DNA from: Nitrospirota bacterium
GTDB taxonomy: Bacteria; Nitrospirota; Thermodesulfovibrionia; Thermodesulfovibrionales; SM23-35
DNA: 64,000 bases
Direction: 5' to 3'
Assembly (NCBI GenBank): GCA_040757475.1
Contig: JBFLWW010000006.1
Span: forward strand, 622 to 64,621
Part shown: piece after piece, positions 17,848 through 25,448 of the stretch
How the letters are laid out: each line of letters starts with the position of its first letter
Position numbering within the stretch: position 1 is the first letter of the stretch
The notes under the pieces: model-generated
Told to the model about the DNA's origin: nothing
What the model saw: the letters and a program-made list of their open reading frames with translations, nothing else
Database searches by the model: none
Made by a program: the position numbers and the translations under genes

Positions 17848-18396
17848 TTTCTCCTTTTCCTCACATCCCTTATAAACCAGATTATAAAGCCTACTGCGAG
17901 GACACCTATTGCTATGTGTGATTCATATTTTTTTATGTCATCGAGGAAGTTCTTAAGTGTTGCGCCGAAGAAATAGCCTCCATAGGTACATATAGTTGCC
18001 CATATCAGACAACTTATAAGTTGGAAGGTAAGGTATTTTTTTACCCATGCGCGAAAGACTGAGGACTGCTGCACTCAGCAGCCTGAATCCATAAAGCCAC
18101 TGACTTATAAATATAGATGCAATGCCATACCTCACCATTAAAGACTCAAGCTTTGCTAAGTTAACCTTTATCAGCTTCTGAGTAAATTTAATGAATGCCT
18201 CTCTCCTGTGGAGGGCAATAAAGAAGAATGTGCCGTGACCTATGTATGAGGCTGTGGTCGAGACAAGCACCACTGCATTCGCATCGAGATACCTGTTATA
18301 AGCAAGAAACCCTGCTGCGATGAGTACACTCTCACCTTCAAAAAATGTAAGTATGAATATGGCAATATAGCCATATCTTGAGACTAAATCTTCCAG
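17844..18396 (-). pseudogene. dedA: DedA-family membrane protein, frameshifted in an A7 homopolymer; probable CTG start
   Basis: ORFs 17953-18273 and 17844-18074 join into one DedA-like sequence (...SRMGKK|YLTFQLISCLIWATICTYGGYFFG) if one A of the run at 18044-18050 is removed. The N-terminus (EDLVSRYGYIAIFILTFFEGE) has only a CTG, at 18396, 4 nt after GGAGG. Confidence 0.6.
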
Positions 18397-18415
18397 AAAC
18401 CCTCCAGCAGGCTAA

Positions 18416-18443
18416 TTTATAGGAGCAAATGTCTTATTGTCAA
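18416..18443 (-). promoter_or_regulatory. Candidate sigma70 promoter for dedA
   Basis: On the minus strand: TTGACA at 18443-18438, a 16-nt spacer, then TATAAA at 18421-18416. Confidence 0.45.
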
Positions 18444-18465
18444 GCATTATACATTAGTATGTTCC

Positions 18466-18510
18466 GTAAAAATCAAAAGCGGACATTTTGTAAAAATCAA
18501 AAGTGGACAT
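18466..18510. repeat. Two 21-nt direct repeats, 24-nt period (transposon-end or iteron-like)
   Basis: gtaaaaatcaaaagCggacat at 18466-18486 and gtaaaaatcaaaagTggacat at 18490-18510. A degenerate third copy lies at 18515-18530. The inverted fragment tgtccat lies at 18544-18550. Confidence 0.75.
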
Positions 18511-18564
18511 CACCGGTAAATCAAAGATGATATTCACATATCTTGTCCATTTCCTTATAGAACA

Positions 18565-19078
18565 TTATTTTTTGTTAGGAATAAGACATACTGTTACCCT
18601 CTGCCCAGAGTACCTGCCCACTTTGTATTGTTTCCCGTTAAAGCTCAGTGTCCCGTCTTTTTGAACAGTCCTCTCATAATGAACTGAAAATACCCAGTCA
18701 AGGGTCTATATCATTTAATGGCCTATTCTTTCCTTTGCCTTCCTCTATAGCTTTATTCCATCTCTTAGAGGGAATCTCCTCTGTCTCCTGATGAACTCTA
18801 CAATCATTATAAAATGCTACAAGTTCATCTAATTCAGCCTGTGCATCTGGTATCCTCTTAATCTTTTTCTTCTCACAGAGATACGGAAGCCTTCTCTGGA
18901 AATAGTCAAACCTTTTCTCTATTTTACCTTTCGCAGCACCTTTGCCTTCTCCTGTGTAGATAAGCCCTACACCTATAGAATTTAATGCCCTCTTAAATTG
19001 AACTTCTGCCCCTGATTCACCGGCTATGTATCTGTAATGTCTACTCTCACGCTCTACAAAACGCCCAGTGGTAATCAT
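18565..19078 (-). pseudogene. DDE (rve-type) transposase remnant, N-terminally truncated and frameshifted
   Basis: ...GKGAAKGKIEKRFDYFQRRL...LVAFYNDCRVHQETEEIP matches an integrase-core C-terminus. A second frame continues WVFSVHYERTVQKDGTLSFNGKQYKVGRYSGQRVTV, like the C-terminal domain of IS21 or Mu-type transposases. No DDE N-terminal part is present. Confidence 0.55.
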
Positions 19079-19330
19079 AGACCTTTCTCGTGAAATGGCA
19101 ACAGGACTATTTTGGAATGATACGATTCAAGCTCTAATAATAAAGCGATTACTTGAAGGATTAACTTATTTAGCAGAAAGTGCATATAAGAAAAACCAAT
19201 TTTTAAACACGCTTGTTATTTTAGACGAAGCACATAGATTGGCACCAAGAGAGAAGATAGAAAATGAGGCTCAGGAGAGTGTTAGAAATTCACTTCTGGA
19301 TGCTGTGAGAACTACAAGAAAATATTGCAT
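19068..19330 (+). pseudogene. Fragment of a HerA/FtsK-like (DUF87-type) ATPase
   Basis: VIIDLSRE...NTLVILDEAHRLAPRE...AVRTTRKY resembles the Walker-B region of HerA-like ATPases. No N-terminal P-loop is present, and similarity is lost after ~19330. Confidence 0.4.
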
Positions 19331-19468
19331 CCAGACAATATGCTTTTATGACTATTGGACCCGTTTCACCTCTTTCATTTGCTGGCACCCCTCTTTTCTT
19401 AACCGTTTATAATACTCCTGAAGAATTTTTGAGAGTAAACCGACTCTTAAGAGGTGGTAGTTAAAAAA

Positions 19469-19610
19469 ATGCTTTGCGCAATTTATACAAGGGTATCAAC
19501 CGATAATCAGGCTGAAGTTGAATTCAATTCCTGTGAGGCTCAGGAAGCAAAAATCAGGTCATTTATTAAGAGCCAAGAAAACATGGAGATTTTCAAAGTC
19601 TATCCTGACG
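19469..19610 (+). pseudogene. N-terminal fragment of a serine recombinase
   Basis: MLCAIYTRVSTDNQAEVEFNSCEAQEAKI...IFKVYPDA is a resolvase/invertase catalytic N-terminus. It is truncated where the opposite-strand GIY-YIG gene begins. Confidence 0.55.
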
Positions 19611-19887
19611 CTGCACGGAGTTCATGGGCTAAAGCTTCTCTTAATGACTCCCTTAGCATCTGTCTAAGCGTAGCTTTGCCTTTTGAGGTCTTAAAATAAT
19701 CCTCTCTTCTACGAGCATCATTTTCTGATAGATGGGCTTCATAATAGATCAGTTTGAAAGGTCAGTGAAATCTTGTGCTCAAAGTTTTTCCCTCATTATG
19801 TTCTTTAAGTCGTCTTTTTAAATCAGAAGTAAACCCAATGTATAATTTGTGATCTTTTTCGCTTAAAAGAACATAGACGTAATGCAT
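19600..19887 (-). pseudogene. GIY-YIG nuclease-family protein with an in-frame TGA
   Basis: MHYVYVLLSEKDHKLYIGFTSDLKRRLKEHNEGKTLSTRFH*PFKLIYYEAHLSENDARRREDYFKTSKGK... The in-frame TGA is at 19762-19764. Confidence 0.6.
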
Positions 19888-20764
19888 CTTATATTATTTA
19901 AAAGACGCCCCAAACTACAATACATTTAAAGCTGTTAAATAGGATTATGTCCTGAACGACTTGCCATGAACTGCGTTGAGTTCATGACTTCGCATTCAGG
20001 ACAATGAACCCTACGTGGTTCATATATATTTTAAATAGAATTTTGCCCTGCACCACATAGGATGCAGGGCAGTAAACCCTACGTGGTTTACTGGCTCCGC
20101 ATTTAATTCGTGTACGAACTGTATTACGATAATTTTACCGAATACAATCCATCAATGTAAGAAAAGGATAAGGAAATGAATCCCACCCACCCCGCAGTTT
20201 CGGTGCTTCCCGATGTCACTACGCTCATTGGGATAAACTCCCTTCAGCGAGCCTATCGGCTGTCTGGAGTTTATCCTGAGTGAAACCGAAGGATTGCCTC
20301 CGCTCCGAGCCTGCTTCCCCTGAAAGATGGTCGCTATCGCTCCATTTTTTATTAAAAACTAAAACTCCATTATCTACTGCTTCAAATCACTTTCACCCTT
20401 TCAGGGTTCAAATCATTTTCTGCTACATGTCTGCCGATAGGCAGAAAAGTAAAGCCTTTTTGTTTCACAAAGCCGTCTTGCCCTTTCAGATCAAAAAACA
20501 TAGCTTTACTTTTTGGCTTTCGTTAAAATCTCCTTGCCTTGATTCTGAAAATAGGAATATAATCTAACAAAACCTTGGAGGTTAAAAATAATCTGTCCCT
20601 TTTTATCTGCTAAAGGCAATCTGTGCATTATTTTGCGCCTCCGGTTACTGCTTTAGACCTGTAAGACTTGAGATGTTCAACGGTTTTGGAATATGCGATA
20701 ATTGTGAGGGCAATACTAATTATCAATAAGAAAAAGGCAATATAGCGAGTCAATCTTTTACCTT

Positions 20765-20929
20765 TTAACCCTTTAACCCTGCTATGAGCAGAAGAATTCC
20801 TGCCACTGCAAAGCAGATAAATCCCACCGCAGGGTTTATAGCTATCCCCCCTATCAGCATAAGAAACACCGATAGCCCGATGAGAACCTTTGGATCCGAC
20901 ACATTCGGGTTTAAGCTTGATTTAGTCAT
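20765..20929 (-). CDS. Hypothetical small membrane protein (54 aa)
   Basis: GGAGGCGGAA precedes the ATG at 20929. Product MTKSSLNPNVSDPKVLIGLSVFLMLIGGIAINPAVGFICFAVAGILLLIAGLKG has two hydrophobic helices. Below the ORF-track length cutoff, with no family support. Confidence 0.3.
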   Translation of the reverse strand: MTKSSLNPNVSDPKVLIGLSVFLMLIGGIAINPAVGFICFAVAGILLLIAGLKG

Positions 20930-21118
20930 TTCCGCCTCCTGTCTTTGTATTCACAGGAGTCAATTTTCTACTTTTTCGTATATATTTCTTATTTGAGGCA
21001 ACGATACACTTTCATATAGATTTTTGATGAGGCAATTCGAATCCACGCGTTTTCTTTCCATATTTGATATAATTGCACCTGAGATATTCTTTAATTAAAA
21101 GAAGGGGGGCTTATAACC

Positions 21119-22171
21119 ATGAATCGAGTATTATTTTTATTCACCATAATATTTTTATATGTCATACCTGTATATGGTGCTGAAAACAATATTGGCAAGA
21201 TTACAGAACTCAGCGGAAATGTCTCGTATAGAGAAAAAAAGGATGTAGCTTACCAGACTGCTAAGAAGGGTGTTGAGTTAAAGAAAGGCTACTGGGTTAA
21301 GACAGGCTCTGATGGATGGGTGGTATTGACATTAGCTGACCAGAGTAAACTCACATCGGCGAATAACACAGAACTCGAGATTACAGAATTTATCATCGGA
21401 AAAAACAAGAAGGCTGGGGTATTTAACATGGCTCAGGGGAAACTCAGAGCATCTGTGGTAAGACTTGCAGGTGAAAAGGTGGATTATAAAGTAAAAAGTC
21501 CAACAGCAGTTGCAGGAATAAAGGGCACTGAGTTTATGATGATGACACAGGGACTTGCCAATGTATTTTTTGGAAATGAAGGAGTAGCTGAAATATCAGG
21601 AGATACCACTACTTCAAAACTATTGAGTGTTGATACAATGGTTCAGAATACAAGGGGATATACGCCAACAGACCCTGTTAAGGTTGAGCCTGACACCCCG
21701 CTATCCACCGCAAAAAAGAACTTCGAGGAGATAACAGCAGCAAAACCTCCAGAAGATTGGGAGCTTTCAAACAATTTACCACACATAATTGCGAGATGGA
21801 ATATAAACTACGGCCACTATCTGGCAGATGCAGGAAGATATGAGGAAGCACTCTATGTATTTCAAATAGCCCTTGACCTTACAAACTTACCAGAGATCAG
21901 GAGTGATGCGAGGCTGGAGAGGGGTACTGTTTACGCAAGGTTTTTGCGTAATCCAGAGGCAGCGCTGGCAGAATACCTGCTCGTGCTCGAGGAGTATCCC
22001 CATGTGCCCCAAAGGGAGACAGCCCTTTATTTTACAGGCATGACCCTTTATGAACTCAGCTTCAAGGAGCAGGCAAAAGAGAAGCTGGTGCGGTACAAAA
22101 AAGAATATCCTGAAGGCAAACATATAAGTAATGTAGAGACAATACTGAGGGTTATTGAGAAAGTAGATTGA
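21119..22171 (+). CDS. Exported FecR-domain protein with C-terminal TPR region
   Basis: Signal peptide ...VIPVYGAENN. The FecR-like core reads GNVSYREKK...KGYWVKTGSDGWVVLTLADQSKLTSANNTELEI. The C-terminus has TPR-like helices. Confidence 0.65.
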   Translation: MNRVLFLFTIIFLYVIPVYGAENNIGKITELSGNVSYREKKDVAYQTAKKGVELKKGYWVKTGSDGWVVLTLADQSKLTSANNTELEITEFIIGKNKKAGVFNMAQGKLRASVVRLAGEKVDYKVKSPTAVAGIKGTEFMMMTQGLANVFFGNEGVAEISGDTTTSKLLSVDTMVQNTRGYTPTDPVKVEPDTPLSTAKKNFEEITAAKPPEDWELSNNLPHIIARWNINYGHYLADAGRYEEALYVFQIALDLTNLPEIRSDARLERGTVYARFLRNPEAALAEYLLVLEEYPHVPQRETALYFTGMTLYELSFKEQAKEKLVRYKKEYPEGKHISNVETILRVIEKVD

Positions 22172-22223
22172 TAAATTTAGAAAAAGAACCGTTGAGCTCT
22201 TGTTAAGGCAGGGAAGGCGAGCG

Positions 22224-24506
22224 ATGAAAGAGAATATCCTTAAATTCTTGATAATTGCAATTTTATTATTTAGCAGCGGCTGTGCAGGTCTCTTCAAGGA
22301 TATCGAAGTCAGTTCACTCATGCAGAAAAAGCGTCACCACGAGGTAATCCAGATCCTACAGCAGGATATCGACCGTAAGGAGGAAATATCGGCATTTCAG
22401 TTATATCTGCTGAGTGGAGCCTACTATGAGATCAGGGACTATGAAAAAATGCTCTCCACGGTAAATTTGATGGAAAAAAAGATCTCTCAGGGAGACACTG
22501 GCTATTTCGGAGCCAACCTGTCAATATTCCCGGGAATTCTTCGCGGCTATGCCTATCTTGATCAGGGGGAATACGACAAAGCAATCAAGACGGCATCCGC
22601 GGCTTATGCTCTCCTGAACCGGGTTGGCGAGTCATCTAATATTTTTTATCGTTCACAGCTTATTGATATCGCAGGTATTCTGGGTGTAGCCTATGCCCAT
22701 CTGAACCAGAATGCAGAGGCGGATCGCTGGATAAAAGTCCTGCATAGCATAGATATTAGCGACACCAATTTGGGTTCTGAAAAATTCATTGCCATTGCTA
22801 GGATTCACGTCGCAAAGAAACAGTATCGCCAGGCACTGTCAGCAGTCCAGAACCCGGAAGCAAAAGTCTCCGGCCTTGTCACAGTTTTCTATGACCAGAC
22901 CTTTGAGGAACTTCCAAAATTCTTCATTTTGACTAAGTGTCTGTATGAAACGGGAAAAATCCATGAGGCCAGAGAGAATTATGACCAGCTCCTGAAACAT
23001 CCCCAAATTAAACAGATAGGAGGACTCCACTGGCCAATCCTTTTAGATAGAGGCAGAATCGCCTGCATGGAAGGCAAGGAAGCAATAGCTGAACAGCTTC
23101 TCAGAGAGGCTGTTGATGTGATTGAGAAGCAACGATCCTCCATAAGGTCGGAGGCTGGGAGGATCGGTTATGTAGGGAATAAACAGGCTATTTATCAGGA
23201 ACTGGTTGCTCTGCTGATTTCCGGAGGCCGTCCGGCAGAAGCCTTTGAATATGTGGAGCGCTCAAAGTCCAGGGCGCTTGTGGATTTACTGGCTTCAAAT
23301 AAAGAGTTTGGTGTTTCAAAAGATAAAGAACAGGTTGTCTCCATGCTAAAAGAGCTTGAAACAATTGAGTCGGAAGGCAAGGTGCTTGATGTCAGCAACC
23401 TCGCCCCTAAAAAGGCAAATCAAAGAAATATCAGAAGCGTTCAAATTAAAGAGAGAATAAAGACCTTAGCGCCTGAACTGACATCTCTTGTTACTGTTTC
23501 CATACCGCCTCCAACAGAAATCCAGTCATATATCGCTGGCGATGAGACACTCATTGAATATTATTATCATGAAGAAGACTTCTATGTGTTTGTGTTAACT
23601 CAAAATATATTAAAAGCTGTAAAACTGGACGGTAAAGATATTTTGAAAGATATAGAGCAACTCAGAAAATTACTGCAAGACCCAAAATCAACTCATTATC
23701 CTGGGCCCTCGCAAAGACTATATCAGAGGCTTATAAAGCCCGTTGAACATCTCATTAATACTCAAAGGCTTATCATTGTGCCTCATGGAATCCTTCACTA
23801 TCTGCCATTTAATGCCTTAAACAGCGGGAGTAATTATCTTATAGACAAATATAGTGTCAGTTATCTGCCGAGTGCAAGCATTATGAAATTTTTAAAACAA
23901 AAGAAAACACAAAAGACATACGGCGCACTGATTTTTGGCAATCCCGACCTCGGTAACCCCAAATATGACCTTAAACATGCCGAAGAAGAGGCAGTTGCAA
24001 TATCAAAGGAACTCTCACAGGCAAAGGTGCTTTTAAAGAAAGAAGCGACAGAGACAGACTTTAAGAAATCTGCAAATCAGTTCAACTACATCCATTTTGC
24101 AACTCACGGCATATTTGAATCCGACTCGCCTTTGAACTCGGGACTCTTTCTTTCAAAGGATGCTGAAAACGATGGATTATTGAGCGTAAACGAACTATAT
24201 TCCCTTAGTCTGAACGCAGACCTTGTTACATTGAGCGCCTGTGAAACAGCACTTGGTAAAATCAATCCAGGAGATGATGTTGTAGGACTCACAAGGGGAT
24301 TTCTCTACGCAGGGGTTAATTCAATTATAGCGAGTCTCTGGAGGGTAGATGATATGGCAACTTCGTATTTAATGACAGGATTTTATTCCAATCTGAAAAA
24401 GACAAATAAGCGTGATGCATTGAGGGAAGCGCAGTTGACCATAAAAAAGCAGTATGAACATCCATACTACTGGGCTGCCTTCCAGTTGACAGGTATGCCT
24501 GATTAA
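22224..24506 (+). CDS. TPR-CHAT domain lipoprotein (caspase-fold protease family)
   Basis: ATG at 22224 gives MKENILKFLIIAILLFSSGC (lipobox). TPR-like N-terminal half. CHAT catalytic motifs YIHFATHG (His) and VTLSACETALG (Cys). Confidence 0.75.
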   Translation: MKENILKFLIIAILLFSSGCAGLFKDIEVSSLMQKKRHHEVIQILQQDIDRKEEISAFQLYLLSGAYYEIRDYEKMLSTVNLMEKKISQGDTGYFGANLSIFPGILRGYAYLDQGEYDKAIKTASAAYALLNRVGESSNIFYRSQLIDIAGILGVAYAHLNQNAEADRWIKVLHSIDISDTNLGSEKFIAIARIHVAKKQYRQALSAVQNPEAKVSGLVTVFYDQTFEELPKFFILTKCLYETGKIHEARENYDQLLKHPQIKQIGGLHWPILLDRGRIACMEGKEAIAEQLLREAVDVIEKQRSSIRSEAGRIGYVGNKQAIYQELVALLISGGRPAEAFEYVERSKSRALVDLLASNKEFGVSKDKEQVVSMLKELETIESEGKVLDVSNLAPKKANQRNIRSVQIKERIKTLAPELTSLVTVSIPPPTEIQSYIAGDETLIEYYYHEEDFYVFVLTQNILKAVKLDGKDILKDIEQLRKLLQDPKSTHYPGPSQRLYQRLIKPVEHLINTQRLIIVPHGILHYLPFNALNSGSNYLIDKYSVSYLPSASIMKFLKQKKTQKTYGALIFGNPDLGNPKYDLKHAEEEAVAISKELSQAKVLLKKEATETDFKKSANQFNYIHFATHGIFESDSPLNSGLFLSKDAENDGLLSVNELYSLSLNADLVTLSACETALGKINPGDDVVGLTRGFLYAGVNSIIASLWRVDDMATSYLMTGFYSNLKKTNKRDALREAQLTIKKQYEHPYYWAAFQLTGMPD

Positions 24507-24529
24507 TTAATGCGAAAAAGGAGGAAGTT

Positions 24530-25381
24530 GTGATAAAAATATTCATTTCATTATTTATAAGCATGTTATTAGCATCAACCCTTTATGCCTCTCAATCCAC
24601 AATCACAGAATCAGAAGGCTATGCCTGCATGGGTGAAGACAAGTCAAGAAAGCAGACTGAGCAGGCTGCCGTGGCTGATGCAAAGAGGAAGGCGATAGAG
24701 TCAGTATCGTCATATATCACAAGCGAAACACAGGTGAAGGACTTTGAACTCCAGAAGGACCTGGTATCCGCCTATGCTAATGCTACAGTGAAAGTCATTC
24801 AAGAACTTGAAAAGGGATGGTATAAAGATACAACAATGGGAGACTGTTATAAGGTAAAGATAAAGGCAGAGGTTATTCCCGATGAAAAGGCAATGGTGAA
24901 AGTCGCAAAATCCAAACAGGTCGCAGATGACCCATCCGCTCCGCTTAATATTCAGGCGTGGACAGATAAAAAGGAATACAGAAGCGGAGAGAAGATAAAG
25001 ATTTATATCAAGGGCAATAAGCCTTTTTATGCCCGTGTGCTTTATAAAGATGTCAAGGGTGAATTGCTCCAATTGCTTCCGAATCCTTACAGAAGCGAAA
25101 ATTATTTTAATGGTGGAGTGATATACGAAATACCCTCTGGAAATGACCGGTTTGAATTAGAGGTCAGTCCACCATTTGGTGAAGAAAATGTAATCGTTTA
25201 TGCAAGTACAACACCTCTTGGTGATATAAACCTTAAAACTCAAGGCAGTGTTTATCAGGTAAGAACACGGTCAGCAGATATTGGTGACAAAATAAGAGGT
25301 GTTAAGATTATAGAGAAAGGAAAAGGCAGTTCAGCCTCTGAGTTTTTTGAAGAGGAGGTAGTTATAAGAACTGAAAAATGA
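24530..25381 (+). CDS. Exported LPP20/FlgT_N-like module plus DUF4384 domain protein
   Basis: GTG start after AAAGGAGGAAG, then a signal peptide. The N-module EGYACMGEDKSRKQTEQAAVADAKRKAIESVSSYI... has five paralogs in this window. The C-terminal part is DUF4384-like (EKIKIYIKGNKPFYARVLYKDVKGELLQLLPN). Confidence 0.6.
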   Translation: MIKIFISLFISMLLASTLYASQSTITESEGYACMGEDKSRKQTEQAAVADAKRKAIESVSSYITSETQVKDFELQKDLVSAYANATVKVIQELEKGWYKDTTMGDCYKVKIKAEVIPDEKAMVKVAKSKQVADDPSAPLNIQAWTDKKEYRSGEKIKIYIKGNKPFYARVLYKDVKGELLQLLPNPYRSENYFNGGVIYEIPSGNDRFELEVSPPFGEENVIVYASTTPLGDINLKTQGSVYQVRTRSADIGDKIRGVKIIEKGKGSSASEFFEEEVVIRTEK

Positions 25382-25448
25382 TTTACGAAGAGATATTTGA
25401 AGAATTTGGAGTAAAAGAGGGTCAAGGTCATTTTAATATAAAATATAC

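Noticed and set aside
17844-18273. Two overlapping minus-strand ORFs treated as separate genes
   Set aside because: Joined at the A7 run they reconstitute a single DedA-family sequence.
19948-20276. Hairpin-rich region considered as tRNA, tmRNA, RNase P or group II intron domain V/VI
   Set aside because: No cloverleaf, no T-loop GTTCGAATC-type motif, and no domain-V-like GAGC...GTTC signature could be found by eye. It is left as an unassigned structured region.
20280-20996. ORFs 20280-20567 (95 aa) and 20784-20996 (70 aa)
   Set aside because: They have no SD and unusual composition. The second is antisense to a better-supported small membrane ORF (20765-20929). They are treated as non-coding.
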